DNA from: Neocallimastix sp. 'constans'
Taxonomy: Eukaryota
DNA length: 64,000 bases
NCBI GenBank assembly: GCA_050613775.1
Contig: JBODTK010000016.1
Coordinates: 496,001-560,000 of the forward strand
Direction: 5' to 3'
The notes under the pieces are model-generated. The model ran no database searches, was not told where the DNA came from, and saw only the letters and a program-made list of their open reading frames with translations. This document shows, in pieces, positions 15,264-27,470 of the stretch (position 1 is the stretch's first letter; each line of letters opens with the position of its first letter). The position numbers were made by a program, and so were the translations under genes.

Positions 15264-16022
15264 GTTATTATGTTTTATAAATTTAGACTTTTTTTTTTAT
15301 TTTCAATTTCTAAATTTATTTTATTTTATTTTTTTTTTTTATTTTTTATTAAATAAATATTAGAATAGAATATAAAGAAGGCTAGATATTCTTAATTTTA
15401 TATGTTCATAAAATTTTCTTCCCATTAATATAAATAATTGAATATAAATGGAAAAATGAAAAAAAGTTAAAAGATATAAACATATACCTAAATAAATGCA
15501 TATAATTACGTTAAATATATAATATTTATTTTAATATAAAAAAAAATTCTGTCATAAAAACAAGCTTACAAAATTATATATACATGCATATATGTTTTTT
15601 TTTTTTTTGTTTGTTTTGTTTTGTTTTTTTTTTCGTTTTATTTAATTTTAATTTTTTTTATTTTGTTTATTTTATTTATATAACAATATGTATATACATA
15701 ATTAAAAAAAATATATATAATAATAATAACATAAATTATTTTAACTATATCTTATATATATATATGTATAAATTATACATCAAAAATTTTATTAAAAAAT
15801 TCTTATTTTATTTAACTTGTACTTTGTATTCATATTTCAACTATTTATTTTGCTTTATTTTATTTTTTTTTTTTTTTTTTTTTTATTCAATCTGTATTTT
15901 CTTATTTAATAATAATAAAATATATATATTTAATAATATTCTGCTAATTATTTTGTTTTATTTTATTTAATTTAATTTAATTATAAATAGATGATGGGGG
16001 AAATTTTCTAATTAAAGTAATT

Positions 16023-16054
<32 letters not shown>

Positions 16055-16089
16055 TTTCATATCAATAATATAAAAAGAAAAGTGGTAAG

Positions 16090-16949
16090 CAATTGTACCT
16101 GTCCTATTTTGTGTTGTTGTGCTGTGTGCGGTAACAGGTTCTTAGGTATAATGCATCATACTAGAAAAGGAATACCCTTGACGGAAACATCTTCCAAAGG
16201 AAAATTTTCTGAGCTCACTAAAGAGCAAAAGATCGAAGTGCTCAAAAGAAAATTCTCTCAGTTAAGTGAGGCTGAGTTTTATCAAAATGAGAGAAAGAAG
16301 TATAACCACCTGAAGATACATAATATAAGTTTTCAAATAAAATGAAAGAGAATACACGAAAATGCGCCGTGACATATAACAACAAAAATTTTGAAGAAAC
16401 TTATAGCGCATTCAAAAAGATAATAATAGATCTTCACGAAGAAGAACCTACGGGATCATTTTTTGATAAGATCATCGATGCAATGATAGAAAGCCCCTCT
16501 AAAAAGTTCATGACTTATAAAATCGATGCGCATGAGCTCTATGATGAGATATACAATATCACTGATCTGGCAAGAAACCGGCTTATCAAATTGTTAAATA
16601 ATAAAGAACTCTTTATGGAATTGCTAAACGAAATGCATGACCTTAATATCCGATGTGATACAAAATGATTTGTTTCAATCCTTTGTTAGACTACGAACAA
16701 GACAATCGTCTTACAACTCTTTTTTTTTTTTTTTTTTTTTTTTTTAGGATGTCTTCTAACAAGGTTCGAAACTTAACTTTTTTTTTCTCTGTTCGATAAT
16801 TTAGCTATCACTTTTTTTTTGTATAGCAAACTCTCCTGCTTTAAGAGAAACTCTCATCATAGATGAAGACCTTTGCGATTATGTTTTTTTTTTTTTTTCC
16901 AGTAATCCCAGAGGATCTTCGGATTTTTTTTTTTTTTTTTTTTTTTTTT
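16090..16949 (+). pseudogene. Foreign-looking intronless coding insert of unknown identity; three chained reading frames; candidate endogenous viral element or retrocopy
   Basis: ORFs at 16151-16345, 16342-16668 and 16665 onward (MICFNPLLDYEQDNRLTTL...) each overlap the next at ATGA. The sequence is visibly GC-richer than its flanks, with many G/C-ending codons, and is flanked by diverged direct repeats. Confidence 0.55.
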
Positions 16950-17023
16950 GACTTACAAATCAGTAATATAAAAAGTGGTAAAAATAAAAATAAAAAAAAA
17001 TAAAATAAAATAAATAAAATAAA

Positions 17024-17232
17024 ATAAAAATTATAAAAATAGTAATAATAATAATAATAAAAAATTACTTGTATAGTAATAATAAATATTTTTTATTATA
17101 AAAAATAATTTTTTTTTTTTTTAATAATTTTTATAGTATTAAAGTCATCAAAAATATATAACAATAATTATAGCTAATAGTATAAGTGTATTACTTTCTC
17201 GTTTTTAAGGGATCAAAAGTAAAAATAAAATA
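17024..17232 (+). repeat. Dispersed ~200-bp AT-rich repeat, copy 1 (copy 2 at 48452-48650)
   Basis: Collinear blocks shared with copy 2: aaaattataaaaatagtaataat, aaattacttgtata, gtcat(c/t)aaaaatatataacaataattatag, ctttctcg.ttttaagggatcaaaagtaaaaataaaatag. Confidence 0.85.
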
Positions 17233-18164
17233 GTAATAGAATAAGCAGATATTATTAAAATATTCGTTTTAATTAAAAAATATATATATTTAAATAATGA
17301 AAATATATATATAATAATTTATTATAATTATTATATTTTATAATATGTATATATTTTCCCTTTTTTTATTTCTTCATAAAGAAAATTTAAAAAATAAAAA
17401 AAAAAAAAAAAAAAAAAAGTGGCTATGCATTATTAAAAAAAAAATTATTAGGTATTAATATTATTAATTAAATCAATATTACTGACATGTAAAAAAATTA
17501 ATAATAAATAATAATAATTATAATAATTTTAATGTGGTATATAATAACTATAATTATAATTATAATGTAGTATATAAATAATAATAATTATAATTTTAAT
17601 AATTATAATGTAGGTACTTAATTTTTTTTTTAATAAAAAAAAAAAAAAACAACGGATATTAATATTTAAAAAGTTTATCATTTAAAATATAAATTATATA
17701 AAAGAATAAAAGAAAAAACTTACTTCTCTTTTATATTTATGTTTTTTTTTAATATTATATTATATTGATGAATTTTTTTTTATTTTCATTTTTATTATTG
17801 TATTTTATTATATTTTATTATATTTTATTATTATATTTATTTATTTATTTATTTATTATCTTTATACTTTTTATATTTATCTATTTATTTATCTTTATAT
17901 TTATTTATTTATTTATTTATTTATCTTCATTTTCTTATTTATCTTTATTTATATTTATTTATTTATCTTTTTATCTTTTTATTTTTAATTTAAATTCAAG
18001 AATTTAAATTAAAAAAATAGAAAAAACCTTTATTCTAATTTCTATGGAACAAATAAATAAAAGGAAAAAAAGAAAAAAAAGTCAAATAAATAATAATAGC
18101 GATAATAAAAATATAATCCACTATGAAATTTTAAAAATTATAACAATAATATTATATAATAATA

Positions 18165-18228
18165 ATTATTATTATTCATTATCATTATCATTATTCTCAT
18201 TATTATTCATCATTATTCATCATTATTA

Positions 18229-18279
<51 letters not shown>

Positions 18280-18281
18280 AT

Positions 18282-18372
<91 letters not shown>

Positions 18373-18460
18373 TTATTATTCATTATTATTTAATTATTAT
18401 TATTATTATTATTATTATTTAATTATTATTACAATTACTATTATTATTATTACTATTACT
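18165..18460. repeat. (ATT)n microsatellite, imperfect
   Basis: Read directly. Confidence 0.95.
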
Positions 18461-18846
18461 ATATAACTTATATCTTTTATTTGAATATTGATTTATTTAT
18501 ATATATATATTAATTTATTAAATGTCTATTATTTGTAATATTATCAACAATATTATAGTATATTATAATATATTATACTAGACATTATCTATAACTTTTA
18601 TTAAATCTTTTTATTTTAATAACTTTATTTTTACACATTTTTGGTTTTTTAGCCATTGATTATATTAAACTTTAATTTATATATAATCTGTCAATAATTT
18701 AATAATTTAATAAAAAATATATATATATAAATAAAAAAAACATGTTTAACGTTACATTAATATATAAAGCTGAAAGGTTCACAAAATAGTAATAAAAAAA
18801 AAAAGGAAATAAAAAACTACTTGATTAGGTTGATTCTAAATAAAAT

Positions 18847-18895
<49 letters not shown>

Positions 18896-19835
18896 AATAG
18901 AAAAAACTACTTGATTAAGATAATTCTTAATAAAATCTTTTAAAAAAAAAAATAGCCACATACTAAATAGAAATAAAAAACAGAAATAGAAATAATAAAT
19001 TAAGAATAAAAAATTATTTATAACTAAAAAATTAAAAAATTAAATATAAATTATATTTACAGAAAAATATTTGACACAATGATAATAATAATAATAAATT
19101 AAAAAAGATAGAGAAAATTTTATAAAGATATTTAATTATAATTATTTTTATAAAAAAAATTGTTTATTTGTATTTAAAGATAAAACATTTATATATATAA
19201 TATATATGGTTTTATTTTTATTATTATTATTATTATTATTATTTACTCCTTACTAATTTATATTTTATCTGACCATTATCATTATCATAAGTACTGTTAG
19301 AATACATATATATATATATATATATTTTTTTTTTGTAATAAAAACTATTTCATAAATAAAAAATAAATAAATAAAATAAATAATATATATATAAATATTT
19401 TTTTTATTTCCCTAACTATTATAATTTTTTATATTATAAATATAATAATTGATTTTTCAAAAAAAAAAAAATTATATATATTTATAATTTTTAATAATCC
19501 TTTTACTATCATATGAAAAAATTAATAATAATAAAAACAATAATAATAAATAAATAAATAAATAATATTTTTTATATTTTATTTATTTAATTTTTTTTTT
19601 CCTTTTAATTAATTTAATAATTTTTTTTTTTAATGGAATAATTGTTTTTCAAAAAAAAAAAAAAAAAAAAAAAATTTATTATTTAATAAGATTAAAATTT
19701 TAAGAATTAAAAAAAAAAAAAAAATGATGAACAATAGAAATCATTAAATCCTAATTTACATTTATATAGAACATGAAAAAAAAAAAAAAAAAAAAAGGAA
19801 AAAAAAAAAAGGAAAAAAAAAAAGGAAAAAAAAAA

Positions 19836-19943
19836 GAGAACAGGAAAAAAAAAGAGAACAGGAAAAAAAAAGAGAACAGGAAAAAAAAAGAGAACAGGAA
19901 AAAAAAAGAGAACAGGAAAAAAAAAGAGAACAGGAAAAAAAAA
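19836..19943 (+). repeat. 18-bp minisatellite (GAGAACAGGAAAAAAAAA) x6
   Basis: Six identical units starting at 19836, 19854, 19872, 19890, 19908 and 19926. Confidence 0.95.
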
Positions 19944-21123
19944 CAAGAAAATAAGAAGAATAGGAAAAAAAAATTATATTTAAATATAATTTCATATTTT
20001 ATAATAATAAAATAATATATATTTTATAGAAAAAAAATAGCAATATAGCAAATAAAATAAAAAAAATAATAATAATAATAAACAAAAATAATAAAAAAAA
20101 ATAATAATAATAAAATAATAAATAGGTTTAGTGCTATTATAATTATTAATAACAACTTTTAACTTTCTAATTATTTAAAATTCTTAAAATATTAATTATT
20201 ATTATAATTATTTTATTATAATTATTTTGATATTTTTTTTCCTTTAATAATTGATAATATTAAAAATTTTTAAGACAACGAAATTTTAAAATATAATAAA
20301 TTTAACTTTTTTATTTATAAAAAAAAATAAATTTTAAAACTATGGATAAATTCAGAAATCATTAGAAATAAAAATATAAATATAAATAAATATATAGTAT
20401 TATAGTATAATATAATAATATATAATAAAGTATAATAAAGTTTAAAAATAAATATAAATTATATAAATAGAATAATATAATATATATTTAAATAATATAA
20501 ATATAAAAAATAAAGTTTAAAAAATATATATATAATAAATAATAAAAATAGAAATATATTATAATAAAATTAAATCTATCATACAAAGTAAAGAAATAAA
20601 AAAAAAAAAAAAGAAAAAAAAGAAAAAAAGTTATTATTTCATCTTTTATTTGATTGTTTATTATTATATTTTATAAAGTTGTTTTTTTTTTTTTTTATTA
20701 TTTTGTTTTTTAAAAAAATATATATATATTTAATAATATAAAATGTTTTTATCGTGTAAATAAATACATTTCAAATAGAAATTCATTTCTTTCAATTCCC
20801 TTTTATTATAAATTTCTTCACAATAAATACTATTAATAAAAAAAAATAAAGACTTCGTATTAATAATAATAATAATAATAATAATAAAAGATATATTATT
20901 ATAATTAATATTTTATTTTTTATAATTTTTTTTTTACTTTTTATAAAAGTTATTAAATTATCATTTTAATAAAAAAATATTTTCCACTCCACTATCCATT
21001 CATATAATCTTTTCTTTTTTATGATTAGTATAATAAACTATAATTAAAATAAATGAATTCATATTTAAATCTAATTTTTCACACTTTCATTAAAAATAAA
21101 GTTTTCCAGTGTGTTAAATGCAA

Positions 21124-21154
<31 letters not shown>

Positions 21155-21320
21155 CCTGATAAAGTATGGTATATATCTTGTTTCCTCTTGTTTCCCATCT
21201 TTATCTAATATACTAAATAAAATTATTTATAAGAAAATAATTAAATTCATTCAATAGAAATAAATTTATTTTATAACCTTTTATGTTATTGATTATTTAT
21301 TACAAAAAAAACTTATAATA

Positions 21321-21445
21321 CTAATTCTTAAGGTAATTAGTAAACCTCTACTAAACTTATCTAATTTTACAGGCTAATTAGTAACCGTTAAACATTCTTT
21401 TTATTATTATCTAATTTTACTGGACAATTAGTAACATTTCGTTAA
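21321..21445 (+). repeat. Three spaced copies of a ~25-bp motif (CTAATTTTACAGGCTAATTAGTAAC-like)
   Basis: Copies at 21321, 21361 and 21411, separated by variable spacers. Confidence 0.7.
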
Positions 21446-23551
21446 ATAAATATTTTATATTCCTATTTATATTAGTTATCTAAATTAAAGTAATCTTTAT
21501 AAACAATAATTTTTACTAAAGTATTAAACATTTCTAAACAATTACATTTACAAGTTATTTTTATAATTTTATTAATATAAATTTTTTTACTATTTAACTA
21601 TTTAATAATTTTATACTTATAATCTATATAACTTTAATATATTTATTTTAATTTATTATTATTTAAAGTTTCATTCTATATCATACCAAATCAAACCAAA
21701 ATAAAAATAAAATTTGTTTCCTATACCTGCTCCTATTTCTTATAATTAAAAAAAAATTTTTTTAAACTTTATTTTTTTTTTTTGATTTTATAACTATTGA
21801 AGGGATAAATAATGATTGACTGATTAATTGATTTTATTATTATTATTATTTTATAAATAATAATTGTAGTGTTTAATATCTTTCTTGAAAAAAAAAAAAA
21901 AATTATAAAAATGACACTTTTTTAATTATTTTTGAAACTTTTTATTTTGATTGTCATAATTTCGATATATATAAAATTTTATTTTAATTAAACTAATTTT
22001 ATTAAATTTAATTTATTTTAAAATTTAATTTAATAACAATACTGAAACTAAATCAAAAAATAAATAAATAAATAATAATAAATAAATAAATATATAATAA
22101 ATTAATTCAAAAAAGGAAATTAGATTGAATAGAATAATATATAATAATAATATATTAAATTACAAAATTTAATCAAAGAAAGGAAGTTAATGAATTCATA
22201 TAAGAAAATAAAATAATTTATTAAATCAATATATATTTATTATATATTGGTATATATATTTTTTTTATTTCTTTTACTTTGAGAAATATTATAATATTTA
22301 TAAGTTATATAATACAATTTACTAGGTTATATTTTATTTTACTAGGTAAATATATTAACTTCAATATAAACTTTATTTTATAAAAATCTATATAACACCA
22401 TTTAAATATTTATTTTTACCATGTATTTTTTTTTATATATAAGCCTATATTATTATTAAAATAAGTTTTGTGTTTTGTAGACTATTTTAATTATCTTTTT
22501 TTTTTATTTTTTTTGGAACTGAACAATATTAAATTAAAATATATTTGGAAATATAATTTATATTAATTATAATTACTCATATTAAATAATAATAATGATA
22601 TATAAAAAAGAATATTATATTAATATATGATAAATAAATAAATAAATATAAAAAATAATTATACTATTTTATTTTATTTATAATATTAATATTATTATTA
22701 TTACTTTTTTGTATACAACTAAATTATGAGGCTGTAAATTTTTTTTTCATTATTAAATAAATTATAAAAAAAAAAAATAATAATAATAGTAATAATAATA
22801 AATGTATTATTTAAAAAAAAAAAAAAAAAAAGGTTCTTAATAATTAATAAAAGGTTTCATTAAAAGGTTAAACTTTTAATGTTTAAATTAAGAGTTAAAA
22901 AAAAAAAAAAAAAAAAAAAAAAGAATTATAGATAATTAATTGTATATATTTATTGTTAATAATAATTATATATTTTGAAGTCTATAGTCTATATTATTTA
23001 TTCATTAAAACTTTTATTTTAATGATTTTTTATTAATAATAATAATATATACAAATACTATATAATCTAATAATAATATTAATAACAATATATATAAATA
23101 CTAAATAAAAAATTTATAAGTACAGACAATATTTTTTTTTCATTAATAATTATTAATATTAATTATGTATATATAAATATTTTTTTTTTAATTATTTTGA
23201 TATTTTTTCAAAAAAAAAATTTGTATTTCATTAATAACTATAACTATAAATATTATAAATATAGGGGAGGTTTACCTATCTTTAATAATAATAGTTATAA
23301 AAATTTTAAAATAAAAAAAAAAAAAGTATTACATATATATTCATAAAATAAAATAAAAATAAAATACTATTGATATAAAATGAAATATTCAAACCTTAAT
23401 TAATATTAAATTAGTTTTTATTATTCAAACATAAATTAATGTCATAAATCAAATTTAAATCTAATGATTTTACAACAATTTCAATATGTGGCTTGATTTC
23501 TATATATTAATTATATTTATAATTAATAATAAATTTTATAGCATAAATCAA

Positions 23552-23987
23552 TGTTTTAATTATATTCTTATTATTTTATATTTATATTTATATAGTTATT
23601 AAATATTTCCTTAAATAATAATTATTAATAGTTTATTCTAATCACAAGAACAATTAATTAAATAGTTAATTATAACTAAATAACATAAAAATAAAGCATT
23701 TCTCGGAATTAAGAGAAGTCGAGTTGTGAAGCTGTTATGTTAATTCTAGTCAAGATTAAAAGTTATATTATGTTAAGTTAGTTTGTAAATAAAAAATATA
23801 AGAAAGAGTTGTTAAATAGCCTCTTTAAATATATGTAGTTTTTATATAAAATTAAATAAATAAATAAATAATAAATTAATAAATTTAATAAATAAATCCC
23901 AACAAAAGTACATCGAACTTTTGAGTTGTATATCACTATGTCAATCTTCTAAATTACTCATACTACGTAATATAATATAATATTACA
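23552..23987. mobile_element. Possible solo LTR
   Basis: Non-coding block of higher complexity than its flanks (23700-23970), ending in ...AATATTACA, with a candidate TGT start. No TSD or partner LTR was found. Confidence 0.2.
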
Positions 23988-24172
23988 TATGTACACAAAA
24001 AAAAAGTTAATAAATAATAAATGGTACCATGAAATTATAATAAAATAAAATAATAAAAATGATTAGTAGAATTATTTTTTTTAAAAAAAAAAAAAAAGGA
24101 GGTAATGGAAATGATTAGTAAAAAAATATATATATTATTATATATTATATATTTTTATTTTTTTTTTCAAAA

Positions 24173-24262
<90 letters not shown>

Positions 24263-24448
24263 TTTATTATTAAATATTTCTTTTTTCAGCCAAATGATTT
24301 GGCTGAAAAAGAAAAAATATTTAAATTATTTATGTTATTTATATGTATGTGTAATACTTTTTTTTTTATAATTAATTCAATTATTATAACTTAAATTATT
24401 AAATTTTAATTTTTTTTTTTATTTTTAGTTTATTTTATTTATAAATTT

Positions 24449-24485
<37 letters not shown>

Positions 24486-25299
24486 TATTAAATATTTTAT
24501 AAAACTGAACTTATTCTTTTATAAAATAATATTCATTAAAAATTAATGAAGATAATAAATAATATTTTAGCAAAAAAATAAAAATAAAAATAAGCATTTA
24601 TTATTAATTGATAATTAAAATATGATTTATAATTAATAATAAAATAAATAATAGAATATTATTTATATAAAAAAAAAATAAAAATTTTATTAGTATAAAA
24701 GTTATTATTTTATTTATCATTAATTAAACAAATATAATAATTTTTGCTGTAACATTTATATATATATATATATAGAAAAAGAATTATTGTATACAATTAC
24801 TATTTTATTATGTAAATGTATTCTATAGAAAAAATAAAGAATTTAAAAAAAAAATAAAAAAAAATAAAATAAAATAAATAACCGATAATTACTTTTGGTA
24901 AAATAGTTTTACATTTCTAATTTTTTTATAATTATAATTATTATTTATATTATTATTATTATTATTTTTTTTTTTTTTTTCAAATATATTTATTAAAATT
25001 GTAATTCATTGTTTTTAATTATAAAATCAAATATTGTATTACATTAAATTGATGTTCCTTGATTTTTCTTTTTTTTCTTTTTTTTTTTTTTTAATTAATT
25101 ATTTTTTTTTTCATTATAATTATTATTATTATATATTTTTTATATATATGTTTAAAATAATAAAAAAAAAAAAATTGTTAATAATAATACTATTACTATA
25201 TAATAATATATAGATATATATATATAAAAAAAAAGCTTTTACTATAATAATTAACATAATTATTTTAATTATAATTCAACATTAATTTTTTTTTCTTAG

Positions 25300-25745
25300 A
25301 ATGAATTAAAGCGAGAGGGGGAAAATAAGGTATCCAGTCTCTTCCTTTAATGTATCAGACAGAGTCTCATTGGATTCGTTGTCATATCGTTTCGACGTTG
25401 ACACGGACCTTCTCTTTTAAGCAACGGCTAATATGAAAGATCATTCCCCTCAACCCCGCTTTTGTACGACACGGCTTCTTTTCCTTTTCAGTGATCGCTT
25501 AAACCGTCCTCTGAGGGGAAGAACAAACTACACTAATCTTTCATGGAGATTAAGTGCACTCTACACTAAACAATCATAGAGTCTAGGCAACAGAAATATT
25601 TACCATTAGTGAACGAATATCAACTTCATATATAGAGGAAAAATATCATGGATAAATTCAAGAGGTAGTTAACGGGGTCGATCCATAAACTTTATGTATG
25701 TTAGTCCAGAGATTAAATATCATTGAAAAATTATATGGCTTGAAT
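25300..25745 (-). mobile_element. Degraded 3' fragment of a non-LTR retrotransposon (LINE), probably a related but distinct family
   Basis: GC-richer island. The minus strand reads gtgtcaacgtcgaaacgatatgacaa (VNVETI*Q), paralleling gcgtcaacaatgaaaatgaagtaagacaa (SVNNENEVRQ) at 55.37 kb. Upstream, ttcttcccctcagaggacgg resembles the FLL.GR block seen in the other copies. Confidence 0.55.
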
Positions 25746-26822
25746 GTATATAATTAAAAAAATATATATATTTATATATTTTAATAATATAACTTTAATT
25801 ATAAACAAAATAAGAAAAAAATTTTTTCATTCTTTATTATGTATTTATTTATTCCAAAAACTTTTTTAATTTCATTAATTTAAATTTATAACAGATCACA
25901 TGATCATAGATGAAAAACAATGAAAATGATGAAAATAATGAAAATAATGAAAATAACGAAAAATAATCCAATACCATTTAAATTAATTTATAATATCAAT
26001 TATTATCCGCATCATCTAATATCATCTTCTATATATTAATGTTTAAAGGCTTTTATATCGCTTTAATTAAATTTTTTAATAAAAATATATTATAAAATAT
26101 AGTATAAATCTATTTAATAAATAATTTTTTATATAAAATATTTCTTATGAAATAATCTAAATAATTGTCTATATTTTTTTTTTTCACAATTACCATGAAT
26201 CTAAATAATTATTAAAAAATTTTTTTTTCTCTTATTATATTATAAATCATTTTAATAATATAATTTTCCCTTTTTTTAATATATTTTTTTGTTTTTGTTT
26301 TGTTTTTATTTTTAAAAAAATAAATAATTTATTTATTTATTTATTTTAATAGTTTATGATTTAATTATAAAAATTCTATATACAATAAAAAAAATTTATT
26401 TATGATTTTTATTTTTTTTTTTTTTTATTTCATTTTTTTTTTTTTATTTAAGTAAAATTTAAACTATTGCACGGCCTCACAGCTGAAAAGTGCAAAAAAA
26501 TAATAATAATAATAAATAATAAATAATTTAAAATTAAAATACTACATTATTATAATATTAAAAAATTTTATTATTCATTCAATATATATATATTATTGTT
26601 TATATATTAGATTTTATTTAAAAAAAAAAAATTAAAAAAATTAATATATTTTTTATAATTATATCACTATACATGATGAATTACGTCCTCTTTCAAAATA
26701 TAATATATTTTATATTTGAAATTGATATACACTCTTCCGATTATGAATAATATATTATTCATGTAGACTTTTATATATGAAATTTATAACTATTATATAT
26801 TAAAAAATAAATAGAAAATATT

Positions 26823-27470
26823 TTAATAAAGAAAATTCATCTCATCTTTTACCATATAAAGTATATATTTTTTATTGATTTTAAAGGTACTCTTAACATA
26901 TATTAAAGTATGTAATGGCTTTAAATTAGAATTAAGATACTAAAATATATTATATATAATGTTTCATATATTATTAATACTATAATATTTTAATGATTTA
27001 TTTATATAAATGTTTATATTTTTTTTAATACTATTTATTTTAATTATTCTTTCATACTTTTTTAATATATTTAATTTAATTTGATATATTACATTCAAAC
27101 TTTAATTATATATTTTATTTTTATAAAAATAAAATATTAATTTAATACTATATAGTTAAAAAAAAAATTTAATAAAGAAAATTCACTCATCTTTTACCAT
27201 ATAAGTATATAATTTTTATTTATCTTATAGGTACTCTAACATATATTAAAGTATGTAATGGCTTTAAATCGGAGTCAATATATTAAAATATTAGATATAA
27301 AATAAAATATTTCATATATTATTAATACTATTATTTTAACTATTGATTTAAATAATAAATATTTTTATTTTTTTTTTTTTTTAATATTTTTATTTATTTT
27401 AAAAAATTTTTTCACATTTCTTTTTAATGTATTTAGTTTATTTTATACAATATACTCCAACTTTAATATT
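26823..27470 (+). repeat. Diverged ~345-bp tandem duplication
   Basis: Units start at about 26823 and 27168. Both read ttaataaagaaaattca..tcatcttttaccatataa...ggtactc.taacatatattaaagtatgtaatggctttaaat...tttcatatattattaatactat. Confidence 0.9.

Noticed and set aside
19707..20015. Three overlapping repetitive ORFs (FFFPVL, FFSCSL, KKKENR)
   Set aside because: They arise from a stop-free 18-bp minisatellite plus A-runs.
25300..25745. UGA=Trp (mitovirus-like) reading on the minus strand
   Set aside because: TAA stops limit the frame, and similarity to the LINE 3' peptide explains the island better.
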